From Longimicrobiales bacterium (GTDB lineage Bacteria; Gemmatimonadota; Gemmatimonadetes; Longimicrobiales; Gaopeijiaceae), in contig CBDCNQ010000005.1 of assembly GCA_965219445.1 (NCBI GenBank), forward strand, positions 1,312,001-1,376,000: a stretch of 64,000 nt of DNA. Reading direction: 5' to 3'. This document shows, piece by piece, positions 41,096 to 51,104 of this stretch. A program made the translations under genes and the position numbers. How positions within the stretch are numbered: position 1 is the first letter of the stretch; each line of letters starts with the position of its first letter. A model generated the notes under the pieces. That model searched no databases. It worked only from the letters and a program-made list of their open reading frames with translations, and was not told the DNA's origin.

Positions 41096-41651
41096 GGCCG
41101 GATGCCCAGGAAGGCTACCTGCCGTTCGGATCGTCCTCCGCGATGAGAGAATAGGTTTCCGTTCCCACAGAGCGTGCACAGGTCGGAGACGGTAATGCAC
41201 TCGGGCGGTACACCGGAGGCCTTCGCCTGTTGGGCCAGCATTCGCTATCCGGTTCGGATCTGTTGTGATCATTGAACTTACGGGGTTCGCTGGCCGGATT
41301 CCCGCCAATTGATTCCCGCCAATTGGATCAGCGGCGAACTCTGCGGCGGCTGGCGAGCGCCTGCCTGAGCTGTCCCTCGTCGGCCCGCTGGTAGCGCAGA
41401 CTGCCAAAGCTCCGAATCGCGGCAAGAATCATGATGGATCTTATAAGTTACTGTGGTACCACGATATACATATGCTATCTCTTTGGTTGTCCCCTTTTCA
41501 TACCCATTTTTAGGAACTGGATTCCAAACGACCCTAGCGGACCTTGGCGGACACGTCGGCCACCCGATTGCCATCTTTGACTACCTACCCAACCTCACTG
41601 AGCGCCATGTCACCCCCATTGGCGTCGGCTGTCGGGCGACTCCGCTTCAGC

Positions 41652-41842
41652 CGATGTCGAATGCAAATTGGCGAGCTGCCGAGGGGATGGTGAAGGAGCG
41701 AAGCGTGCCGGAGGGTGGATTGTCGATGGCCCCTGTCCTCTCTGATTGCGGACTACAATAGATGGTTAGTGTTTCAGATCACTCCGCGTTGCCACGGCTC
41801 GCGGCGATCTGTTCTCGGATCCACGCATCCACTTCGGACTCG
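41652..41842 (+). repeat. 191-bp direct repeat, copy 1 (includes alpA 3' end)
   Basis: Same sequence as 44066-44256. Confidence 0.92.
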
Positions 41843-42006
41843 ATCCAGCCGACGGCGCGCGCGCCTAGCCGGATCGGTTGGGGAAAGCTCCCGTCGGCCA
41901 CCCGCACGTAGATCGTGCTCCGCGCCAGCCCGGTGCGGGCCTGCACTCGAGGTAACCGCAGGACGCGCGCGGGCGCGTCCATGCCCTGTTCCATTGCTCT
42001 GGTCAT
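41779..42006 (-). CDS. alpA: AlpA family regulator / recombination directionality factor
   Basis: LRLPRVQARTGLARSTIY...FPQPIRLGARAVGWIESEVDAWI; RBS GGAGG. Confidence 0.92.
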   Translation of the reverse strand: MTRAMEQGMDAPARVLRLPRVQARTGLARSTIYVRVADGSFPQPIRLGARAVGWIESEVDAWIREQIAASRGNAE

Positions 42007-42269
42007 CGGTCTGCCTCCGTTCTGTTCGGTGAAGAATTCCGGGGCGCGTTGCCCCGGGAGGGAACAGGGGCCACATGGGCCTGGCGGCAGGCTTCGATGA
42101 ACACGGGGACCTGGCAGGCCATCGCCAGCCTCGGTGATCGGCCAGGACGGAGCTGACGCACCGGGTTGAGATAGCCCACCGCCTGCAGGTCGAACGTCGA
42201 CGGCTTCAGGCCCGTGCGCTCGAGGGATGCATCCACTCGCGATTCGAAGTGCTTCGTCAGCGTCTCCAT
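42003..42269 (-). CDS. Small HTH-like protein, possibly degenerate, coupled to alpA
   Basis: FESRVDASLERTGLKPSTF..AVG..N.VRQL..GRSPRL; ATGA overlap with the alpA start. Confidence 0.5.
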   Translation of the reverse strand: METLTKHFESRVDASLERTGLKPSTFDLQAVGYLNPVRQLRPGRSPRLAMACQVPVFIEACRQAHVAPVPSRGNAPRNSSPNRTEADR

Positions 42270-42641
42270 GGCAGTTGGGGTCGAGATCCGGCATGTGAGG
42301 ACCCGTTCATGCACTGCGGCGCGTGGCCGAGCGCGACCGGATGCCGCCTCGGAGGGTGGTGCTAAGTGAGTCGAGGGCCGGCCGACGGATCGCGGCGAAG
42401 GGCTGCACCGTGCGGTGCATTGACATCGATGCCGGCAGGGCGGCCAGTGCGGGCGGCCGCGACTAGAAGCTGACACCACAGGGGAGCCATGAGATGTTTC
42501 GACCGCAGGATCGAACCGGGCCTGCGGCCGGCCGCGCGACAAAGCCGCGCTGGCCCACCGCATGCGGGACGGCCATCGCCCGGAGTACGACGCTCGCAAG
42601 GACACGCGGCGCGCCGGGGACACTACTCGAACTGTCCGCGT

Positions 42642-44063
42642 CTACCAGCGCGCGGTGAGTCGGCCCACCAGGCTGTGGTCGGCGTCTCCCCGGCCCAAGC
42701 TCTCGCGGCGCTGGGCGTCGAGGCCGAACTGGAAGCTCATGGCGCCACCCTGCACGACAGCCAGGCTGTAGCCCAGCCGGTAGGCGCGCCCGTACTCGGA
42801 AGTCGTGACGCCGAACCTCGGCGTCCCCACGAGCCGGCTCCCGACCGGCAGCGCGTAGCCGAGCTCGGCGTCGAGGCGGTTGCCCGATCCCGGGCCTGCT
42901 GCCCCGAGCCCCGCCATCGTATCGCGGCCCCAGAGCGCGTCGGCACCGCTCATCGCCTGCCCGCCCCACGACGGCGCCACCCGCGCCGTCAGCCCCAGCG
43001 GCGTCTGTGGCGTCGGGTCGTAGCTGAACGACACCGACACACCCCGTTCCCTGAACCCCTGGGCCTGGTGCGCGAGCAACATCCGCACGCGCACGTCGAC
43101 CGACAGTCCGGTGAGAGGATCCGCTGCGATCAGGCTTGCGGCGACGTCCGCGCCCGCGCCCGTCTCCGCGTCCCCGCCGTCGCGCCTGAGCCCGACCTCG
43201 AAGCTCGGCCGGAGCGCTATGCCGTGTCCGAAGACGTAGCCCCTCGAGGCCTCGAGCGCCGTCCGCACACGCGTCACCACCGCTTCGGTCCCAGCCAGTC
43301 GGCCTGCCGGACCGTCCACGGCCTCGCTGCCCGTCCCGACCCACAGCGCGTCCGCCTTGAACGCCAGCCCGAACCCGCCGACACCGGCATCGACCAGATC
43401 GCCCCTCACGCCCCCGGCGAGCATCGACATCGAGAGCCCGCCCTTGAGAGCGACGGGAGCCGCGAGAGACGTTGGGAGAGACAGTGCCTCGCCCGGCGTC
43501 AAGCTCAGCGAGCCCCTCCCGTATCCGGTCACGCCCCAGAGCGTGACCCGCTCCGTCAGCTTGTAGCCCACCCACGGGTGGAGCCCCGTGACCGACGAGG
43601 CCACCTGGCCGACATCGGCTCCCTGGTAGCCGCCCAGGCCGCGCCGGTGCGAGAGCATCAGCCCCGCCATCAGCGGCCCCTTAGCGTAGTCGGCGCCGAA
43701 CATCGTCGTGCGGACCCCGCCGTCGAGCGACAGCTCGCCGTCCCGGCCGCTGAAGCGCGACTCCATCCCGCGGCTCCAGAGCGACACGCTCGCGCCCCCG
43801 CCCGTCTCGCGGTTCAGCACGAACCCCGAGCCCATCAGCACGTCGCCGCCCCCGAGACCCGTCCGCAAGAGTTCCGCACCGCTCAGATCGGACTGGACAC
43901 CCCTCGTATCCCGGGCGCCCGCAACTGCGGTGGACTGAAGCCGGCTCAGGAAGTTCCGGCCCATATCGCGCTCCATCCCACGCCTGAGCTCACGGCCCGC
44001 GAACCGGCCCCGGAAGCCCGAGGCTCTGGACGCCTCCAACCGCTCCTCCACCTGCTCCATCAC
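42642..44063 (-). pseudogene. Autotransporter beta-barrel portion (5' part displaced)
   Basis: LWSRG...GADYAKG, GLHPWVGY, EVGLRRDGGDAETGAG, amphipathic beta pattern ending LTARW; no signal peptide. Confidence 0.8.
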
Positions 44064-44065
44064 GT

Positions 44066-44256
44066 CGATGTCGAATGCAAATTGGCGAGCTGCCGAGGGG
44101 ATGGTGAAGGAGCGAAGCGTGCCGGAGGGTGGATTGTCGATGGCCCCTGTCCTCTCTGATTGCGGACTACAATAGATGGTTAGTGTTTCAGATCACTCCG
44201 CGTTGCCACGGCTCGCGGCGATCTGTTCTCGGATCCACGCATCCACTTCGGACTCG
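44066..44256 (+). repeat. 191-bp direct repeat, copy 2
   Basis: Same sequence as 41652-41842. Confidence 0.92.
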
Positions 44257-44757
44257 GACGGGGACGTGACGATCACGCTGGCGGCGGGGCGCGAGTGCGC
44301 GACGTCCGGTGCGATCTGCACCAAGGGCGAGAACCGGCGGCAGTTGACCAACAGCCCGTCGGCGACGGTGGCCGGCCCGGTGGGCATCTCCGTGGCGGAT
44401 GCGCGGGTGGAGGAAGGCGCGGGCGCCGTGCTGGAGTTCGCGGTAACGCTCGAGCGGGCGGCGGGCGGGGCGGTGACGGTCGACTACGCCACGTCGGACG
44501 GCACGGCTCAGGTGGGCGTGGACTACACGGCGGCGAACGGGACGCTGACGTTCCGGGCGGGCGAGTCGTCGAAGACGGTCGAGGTCGCGGTGCTCGACGA
44601 CTCGCACGACGAGGGCGAGGAGACGATGACGCTCCGGCTCTCGCATCCGTCGGAGGGCCGGCTGGCCGACGCGGAAGCGACCGGGACGATCGAGAACACC
44701 GATCCGCTCCCGCGGGCGCTGTTGGCTCGGTTCGGACGGGCGACGGCGCTTCACTGA
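44176..44757 (+). pseudogene. Calx-beta passenger fragment of the autotransporter (inverted)
   Basis: SVADARVEEG...VTVDYATSDGTA..GVDY...GTLTF..GE.SKTV.V.VLDD..DEGEET; ends LARFGRATALH. Confidence 0.85.
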
Positions 44758-45017
44758 AGCGGAGTCGCCCGACAGCCGACGCCAATGGGGGTGACATGGC
44801 GCTCAGTGAGGTTGGGTAGGTAGTCAAAGATGGCAATCGGGTGGCCGACGTGTCCGCCAAGGTCCGCTAGGGTCGTTTGGAATCCAGTTCCTAAAAATGG
44901 GTATGAAAAGGGGACAACCAAAGAGATAGCATATGTATATCGTTGTACCACAGTAACTTATCAGATCCATCATGATTCTTACCGTGAATCACGCCACCGG
45001 TACTCTGCCGAGACGTC

Positions 45018-45242
45018 ATGTTCGCGCTGGTTGCGGACGACGTGCTGTACATGAAGGTGGATGACCAGACTCGCGGCGCCTTTGAAAACGCAGGGTCGGT
45101 CCCGTTCATCTACTACGCGAAGAAGGGAAGCCCGGCGACCATGTCATACTGGGAAATGCCTCCCGAGGGCTTCGAGTCCTCGGACCGCGCTAGGCACTGG
45201 GCGCGACTCGCGCTGGAAGCGGCCTCACGGACGAAGCGATGA
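45018..45242 (+). pseudogene. TfoX/Sxy N-terminal-domain protein, 5'-truncated
   Basis: MFALVADDVLYMKVDD...PFIY...MSYWEMP; the usual preceding MFGG segment is absent. Confidence 0.7.
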
Positions 45243-46624
45243 TCGCCCCTCGACGAGTCCTCTTGCCGGCGTTGTTCTGGGTGGCTGGCTTGGTTCTTGG
45301 ACTCGCCGTCCCAGCCGTTCCCGCACAAGGACAGGATCCGGTGCCGGAAACGGAGGCAGAAGCGGAACTTCAGGACCCGATTCCCGCTGTGCCCCCTGGG
45401 GTCCCCCGGGTCTTCTTCGACTGCCGAGGGCCCCGGTGTGACAGTCGGTATTACCGAACGGAGATCGGCTGGGTCGCATGGGTCCGGGACCGCCAAGACG
45501 CGCACGTCCACGTGATCATGACCAGCCAAGGGACGGGAGTCGGAGGACGTGAGTTCATCCTGGATTTCATTGGCAATGGGCGTTATCAGAACTATGAGAC
45601 ACGTAGCCTCTATCAGTCGCTGCCCACCGACACACAACGTGAACAACTCGATGGGGTCACGCTCACCCTAGGCCTTGGGCTGGCACAGTTTGCCACCGGA
45701 TCTGGCTTTCGAGACATCGTCGAGCTTTCGGGGATTGCGCCCGTCGGCGAAGTCAACGCGAACCTTGACGCGCCTCCGGAAGGGATACTCTCGCCAGATG
45801 AGGTGCAGGACCCGTGGGACCTCTGGGTCTTCCGCATCAACGCGAATGGGCGTTTCGACAGCGAGTCCACGCAGCAAGAGTTCCGGGGGCGGACTGGGTT
45901 CCGGGCCTCACGCGTGACGCCGACATGGCTCCAACGCTACAACTTCAACCTGAGCTACAGGGAGCAGGAATTCGAACTGAGCGATGGCTCCCGATTCACC
46001 GACGAGCGATACGACTGGAGTGTCTCGTCCCGCGTCGTATACTCGGTCGCAGAACATTGGTCGATGGGGTTCAGCTCCAACGTGGGTCGCAACACGAGCA
46101 GAAACCAACAGGTCTGGGGCCAATTCAACCCCGCGGTGGAGTACAGTTTCTTCTCCTATGATGAGGCTACCCGCCGCGCCCTAACAGCATTCTTCGAGAT
46201 CGGCCCCGTGTATCGGGACTATTTCGATGAAACGATCTTCAACGAAACAGAGGAGCTCCGCTTCGAGCAAGCACTCACTCTTGAGTTTTCGCAACGCCAG
46301 CCCTGGGGCAATGCTTCCATACAGCTTCGGGGGTCGATGTATCTACACGACCCGTCGGCAAACAACATTTCTCTCGACGGCTTCCTGAGATTCAGGGTTG
46401 TGAGGGGACTGGACTTGAACGTGGGTGCATCGTACTCGAGAGTCCAGGACCAGCTCTATCTTTCGGGGGAAGGCCTGACCGATGAGGAGCGGCTGTTGGA
46501 GCTTTCGCAGCAGCAGACCGATTATGAAGCATCGGTGAACTTCGGACTCACCTTTCAGTTCGGCTCCATCTTCAACAACGTCGTAAACAACCGGTTCCCG
46601 GGTGGCGGAGGCGGTTTTAACTGA
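45239..46624 (+). CDS. Putative outer-membrane beta-barrel protein
   Basis: Signal peptide, VFFDC..C domain, beta-strand periodicity, C-terminal FGSIFNNVVNNRF. Confidence 0.7.
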   Translation: MIAPRRVLLPALFWVAGLVLGLAVPAVPAQGQDPVPETEAEAELQDPIPAVPPGVPRVFFDCRGPRCDSRYYRTEIGWVAWVRDRQDAHVHVIMTSQGTGVGGREFILDFIGNGRYQNYETRSLYQSLPTDTQREQLDGVTLTLGLGLAQFATGSGFRDIVELSGIAPVGEVNANLDAPPEGILSPDEVQDPWDLWVFRINANGRFDSESTQQEFRGRTGFRASRVTPTWLQRYNFNLSYREQEFELSDGSRFTDERYDWSVSSRVVYSVAEHWSMGFSSNVGRNTSRNQQVWGQFNPAVEYSFFSYDEATRRALTAFFEIGPVYRDYFDETIFNETEELRFEQALTLEFSQRQPWGNASIQLRGSMYLHDPSANNISLDGFLRFRVVRGLDLNVGASYSRVQDQLYLSGEGLTDEERLLELSQQQTDYEASVNFGLTFQFGSIFNNVVNNRFPGGGGGFN

Positions 46625-46658
46625 GCCCGACCCTCGCTCCTGAGCCCCGGCATACCCG

Positions 46659-48155
46659 TTAGCGCACGGGAATCGATACCGACAGCTGACTCGTGAGCAC
46701 CCAGGCATCTTGTAGGGTTAGAGGTGCCTCCGGTGCCAGAAGGAAATCGTTCCGGGCGGCATCGAGCACGGCTGCTTGGACTGGGCTCCATGCTACCCCC
46801 GGCCGTCCGGTCCCCGTCGTCACCCGACCCACATATCTTACCTCGAAATCCGATACGCCCATGTGTAGGCCCCAGCTAGGCGTCCACTCCATCCAGCTCT
46901 CCCTTTGATTCCGGCGCTCCTCGGCGATGTTGTCGAACTGCTCCAGGTCGTATCGGATCGAATGAAGTTCTAGACCGAGCCCGAAGCCGCCCCACGTGTA
47001 GTCCTGGCCCACACCCATTCTGATCGTCGCATTCGAGAAGAAAAACTCATTCTCGACAGTCTTTTCACCCACCAGTACGCTGCCGCCACTGGCGGTTACC
47101 GTGTCAGCCCCGGCCTCGGCCCAGGTATCGCTCCATATCGGCTCGAACACGAGGTCAATCCCGTAGGTGGCTCCCTCTCCAGTCCTAGAGAGCCCGACCC
47201 CGAAGTCATACGCCCAAGAGTTGCCTGGGTCTCTAGGGATGTTCTGGATCGCGTAGTTGGGGATTTTTGGATGGGATTTCTTATTCACCGTCGCGATCGT
47301 ACCGAACTGCCATCCGCTCCTGGTGAGTGGAAGGGTGTACCCCAGGTGGACGCCCGTGGTCTCGGTCTTATCCTGATTCGTCTCTACCCGCGTTACCCAT
47401 TCCCAGAATATCTGGTCATCGTTCCACACGTTGTCCAAGTAGCTGACGTCATGTGTCATGTCGAAATTACTGTGCACGACAACGGCCTCGAACGTGCTCC
47501 TATTCTCCTTCCGTCCGACAAGGCCCAACCTCAGGTCCACGCTCGATCCGGTCTGGTCGATTCGCTGACTCAACGCGTAGAGATGCTCTACGCCGTCTAC
47601 GGCGCCGAGACCAGCCCAGGCCGCGCTTGCCGCAACTGAAAGCCCTGTTTCGCCTAGGGTCCGACCGACGTACCCGTGGAGGTAGAGGTTCGTGGCCGAT
47701 TGTTCGCGCAGGGTCTGGTCGACTTGGGGTCCCCACCAAATCCCGAAGATCCGGTCACGATCTGCAGCCCGTAGCTCTTGGAGAGCGAAGCTCCCACCAC
47801 CGAACCACGTGTCAGATCCCGCAAGGATTGAAATAGGAAGTGTCCGACCTGAGCCATTCTGGTCCGAGATCGAATAGAAGGTGGGCGAGCTTATGAGTTC
47901 CGCTTCTCGGATACGAGACCCTTTCGCCGGGTTCATGAATGGGTCCAGGAGGTGATCGTCGAGAGCGATGTGAGTTCCGCCTAACGCGAGATTGTTCGAT
48001 GGGTAGAGAAGGAACTGATCACCATCTGCGACTGGCACCGATTTGATCGGGATCAGCTGCGCTTCGACCGGAACGCCGAGGAAAAGACACCCAAACACGA
48101 AGGTGGCGGCGAACGTGCCCAGCACCGTATTCTGCACCGACGCGTGATTTGTCAT
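46659..48155 (-). CDS. Putative outer-membrane beta-barrel protein
   Basis: Signal peptide ending VEA-Q, NPA motif, beta periodicity, terminal SVSIPVR; start after GAGGGG. Confidence 0.65.
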   Translation of the reverse strand: MTNHASVQNTVLGTFAATFVFGCLFLGVPVEAQLIPIKSVPVADGDQFLLYPSNNLALGGTHIALDDHLLDPFMNPAKGSRIREAELISSPTFYSISDQNGSGRTLPISILAGSDTWFGGGSFALQELRAADRDRIFGIWWGPQVDQTLREQSATNLYLHGYVGRTLGETGLSVAASAAWAGLGAVDGVEHLYALSQRIDQTGSSVDLRLGLVGRKENRSTFEAVVVHSNFDMTHDVSYLDNVWNDDQIFWEWVTRVETNQDKTETTGVHLGYTLPLTRSGWQFGTIATVNKKSHPKIPNYAIQNIPRDPGNSWAYDFGVGLSRTGEGATYGIDLVFEPIWSDTWAEAGADTVTASGGSVLVGEKTVENEFFFSNATIRMGVGQDYTWGGFGLGLELHSIRYDLEQFDNIAEERRNQRESWMEWTPSWGLHMGVSDFEVRYVGRVTTGTGRPGVAWSPVQAAVLDAARNDFLLAPEAPLTLQDAWVLTSQLSVSIPVR

Positions 48156-48307
48156 TCCCCTCTGTCTCCTTGGTTCTGATTTGCGCGTTCGATGAGGCGG
48201 GTAGAGCGTCCCGCCTCCGCACAAGAACGACCCGGAGAGAGACTCTGTGACATCCACGCCCGTCACGGCCCCATCAGTCGTCCACGAATCCCGCTGCCGC
48301 CCCGGAG

Positions 48308-49477
48308 GTGATGACAGTGTCGGCGAATCGATCCGCATGCCGTGCTCTGCCAGTTCTGATGTTGCTGTGGTTGCCACTAGCGGGCGCAGCTCAGTCCTCG
48401 AGTGAGGATGACGCGACCAGGGTCGTGAGTGTCGATCACTACGTGCCGGTTGTATCGATGGCGCCCCCGATCGCCGGGCAAACGGCGCAGATCTATGTAC
48501 GGGAGCGGGTGTTGACCGGGACAGCGCTTCGGGCTCGGAGCCTCGAGGACCGAGTGGTCATTTTTGTGCACGGCGCGGGGACCCCGGCGGAGGTCGCTTT
48601 CGATGTTCCACACGAGGGGTACAGTTGGATGGCCTTCCTCGCCGAGGCCGGTTTCGACGTGTTCTCGATGGATATGACCGGCTACGGCCGCTCAACTCGG
48701 CCCGAGGTCATGAACGACCCCTGCAATCTCGCCGAGGCGCAGCAAGCGGAGTTCGTTCCGGGGTTGATTGCAGCACCCTGCTCTCCCAGTTACGGCTACG
48801 CTGCGACCACGATCGAATCGGATTGGCACGACCTAGACGCGGTGGTCCAATACGTTTCGGAGCTGAGAGGTGTGGACCGAGTCAGTCTGGTCGGATGGTC
48901 TCTCGGCGGCCCAAGAGCGGGCGGGTACGCCGCTCGGCACCCTGAGCGAGTCCGAAGCGTCGTCCTGGTAGCTCCTGCATACAGCCGAGATCGTGCGGAT
49001 GGGCCCCCGCAGGACCTTCCCGTCGCCGGTGCCGCGATGACCAAGCAATCGGAAAGCGACTTCACGGCGAATTGGGATCGACAGGTAGGGTGTGAACAGC
49101 AATACGACCCGGAAGTGCACGATGCGGTGTGGTCAGCGATGCTCGACTCCGACCCAATTGGCGCGACTTGGGGGACCGGTGTTAGGCGGGCACCTCGGAC
49201 AACGACCTGGGGCTGGGGTCCGAAACAGGTCGAAGCGACGACGACGCCAATGCTCCTGGTTTCGCCTGTCCACGACGGACAAGTGTCTCCTGAGCGAGTG
49301 ATCGAACTATATGAGGACCTGGCCTCCCCCAAGAAGGTCCTGATCGACCTCGCATGCGCGTCGCACAATGCGATGTGGGAGCGCAATCGCATGCTCCTCT
49401 ACGACGCTTCACTCCAGTGGCTCCGGGACGGCAAAGTGAAGGGGATCGAATCCGGTGAGATCCGGCTGGGCTATTGA
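48308..49477 (+). CDS. Secreted alpha/beta hydrolase
   Basis: FVHGAG, DMTGYGRS, GWSLGG, D and H of the triad (ASH). Confidence 0.85.
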   Translation: MMTVSANRSACRALPVLMLLWLPLAGAAQSSSEDDATRVVSVDHYVPVVSMAPPIAGQTAQIYVRERVLTGTALRARSLEDRVVIFVHGAGTPAEVAFDVPHEGYSWMAFLAEAGFDVFSMDMTGYGRSTRPEVMNDPCNLAEAQQAEFVPGLIAAPCSPSYGYAATTIESDWHDLDAVVQYVSELRGVDRVSLVGWSLGGPRAGGYAARHPERVRSVVLVAPAYSRDRADGPPQDLPVAGAAMTKQSESDFTANWDRQVGCEQQYDPEVHDAVWSAMLDSDPIGATWGTGVRRAPRTTTWGWGPKQVEATTTPMLLVSPVHDGQVSPERVIELYEDLASPKKVLIDLACASHNAMWERNRMLLYDASLQWLRDGKVKGIESGEIRLGY

Positions 49478-49626
49478 GAATGCCGCTGCTGGGGCCCTGA
49501 GGTCGCATCCCCCGGTAGCAAACCGACGGGGGCGGCCTTGCTCCCTCAATCGAGCGTCCATAGCGTTGGGGCGGCGTCGGAACTAAAGCTTCTACTGGCC
49601 CCCAACTTCTACTACGAGACCAACGA

Positions 49627-51090
49627 ATGATGATTGAAGGGGGCGCACGGGCATCGGTCGTGTTGTTTCTGGCTGCGATGATCACTCTCGGTGGGTGCGC
49701 ATCCACGCGGACAACCGGCGGTCAGGGCGTGACTGGCATGGCCCTCGAGTCGAGCACGATCGACGGCAGCCCCACTTTTTACGCGGAGGCCCTGCCGATC
49801 TTCGAGAAGAATTGTGTCGCTTGTCACCAGCCCAATGGGCCGGATGTGGGCGGAATCAGCGCTCCGATGTCGTTGATGACATATGAGGAGGCGAGCCCCT
49901 GGGCGCCCCGGATCAAGGAGGCGCTGCGGACCGGGTACATGCCGCCATGGGGTGCGCACGAACAGCACCAAGGCACGTTCAAGGGTGAGCGCTATATAGA
50001 CGCTGCCGAAAAGAAGACGCTGATCGCATGGGTCGATGGGGGTGCACAAGCAGGGAGCCCTGACAACCAACACCCGAGGGACGATCTTGGAGAGAGAGAG
50101 TCGGCCAACTCGGCGGGAACCACGTTGCCGCCTTCAGGCTGGTGGATCGGCGATCCGGACCTTGTCGTCCAGTTCGAGGAAGCCGTGCACGTAGATGAGA
50201 GCGTCAAGGATTGGCAACCAACGGTCCAGATGCCGGTGCCCGAAGGAGCACACACCGAACCGAGATGGGTGTCGAAAGCCGAGCTTCGCCCCGGAGGCCC
50301 CTGGGTGCACCACATCGTTTCGAGTCACATGGGGGTGGGCGTGCCGGGCCGAGGGCCGTTCACCTACCCGGAGGGCTGGGGAGTTCTTCTGCCGGAGGAT
50401 CCCTTCATCACGCTCAACATCCACTATCACAAGGAACCGGGGCCGGGAACCGCGGTCGAAGACCTGACCCGAGCCGCATTCGATTTCTACGAAGCCGGGG
50501 ATGTGATCGACTACGTCGTCCAGACCAATTTGCTTCCCCATCGCGAGTGGACGATTCCGGCCGGTCACTCGAACTACCAGGTGTCGAACACGCATCTTAT
50601 CGAGGAAGACATCTACCTACTTTCCATGGGGCCCCATATGCACTATCGGGGCAAGGCCATGAGATATGAGCTCGAATACCCGGACGGCGAATTCGAGACG
50701 CTGCTTTGGGTCCCGGACTACGACTTCAATTGGCAATTCCTATACGAGTACGAGGAGCCGAAATTCATTCCGGCCGGCTCGACTCTCCATATGAAGTGGT
50801 GGTTCGACAATTCGGTCGACAATCCTCACAACCCCGATCCGACAGCAGACGTGGAGTACGGTCCTGCGACGACGGATGAGATGTCGAATGCCCGGATCTA
50901 CTATGCCCCTGCGACCCCACGCGGCATCGTGGTGGGTGAAGAGATTCCTGAAGAGATCTTGCAGAAGGCCCGCGACGCGGAGGCGGAGCGAAGGCAGCGA
51001 CTGGAAGTCGATCTTGCACAGCCCCCGGCAGCCGACGATCTGGATTGGCTCGATGGGGATGGCCAACCCGACGACGGGCCGGACCGCTAA
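49627..51090 (+). CDS. Lipoprotein with c-type heme and copper-monooxygenase-like domains
   Basis: LGGC lipobox, CVACH, MPPW, HHI, HYH, PHMHYRGK, YDFNWQ, DEM. Confidence 0.75.
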   Translation: MMIEGGARASVVLFLAAMITLGGCASTRTTGGQGVTGMALESSTIDGSPTFYAEALPIFEKNCVACHQPNGPDVGGISAPMSLMTYEEASPWAPRIKEALRTGYMPPWGAHEQHQGTFKGERYIDAAEKKTLIAWVDGGAQAGSPDNQHPRDDLGERESANSAGTTLPPSGWWIGDPDLVVQFEEAVHVDESVKDWQPTVQMPVPEGAHTEPRWVSKAELRPGGPWVHHIVSSHMGVGVPGRGPFTYPEGWGVLLPEDPFITLNIHYHKEPGPGTAVEDLTRAAFDFYEAGDVIDYVVQTNLLPHREWTIPAGHSNYQVSNTHLIEEDIYLLSMGPHMHYRGKAMRYELEYPDGEFETLLWVPDYDFNWQFLYEYEEPKFIPAGSTLHMKWWFDNSVDNPHNPDPTADVEYGPATTDEMSNARIYYAPATPRGIVVGEEIPEEILQKARDAEAERRQRLEVDLAQPPAADDLDWLDGDGQPDDGPDR

Positions 51091-51104
51091 GGAGAGCGCC
51101 TTAA

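Larger units (their letters stand above)
41424..44980. mobile_element. Non-autonomous element with 227-bp terminal inverted repeats (att-like ends)
   Basis: 41424-41650 is the reverse complement of 44754-44980 with 2 mismatches; no integrase or transposase inside. Confidence 0.8.

Noticed and set aside
41652..44256. 191-bp direct repeat as a DGR TR/VR pair
   Set aside because: Copies are identical and explained by the internal inversion of a longer terminal repeat
44981..45001. ACCGTGAATCACGCC read as TVNHA, an IS1595 transposase motif
   Set aside because: Five codons only, with no further similarity on either side
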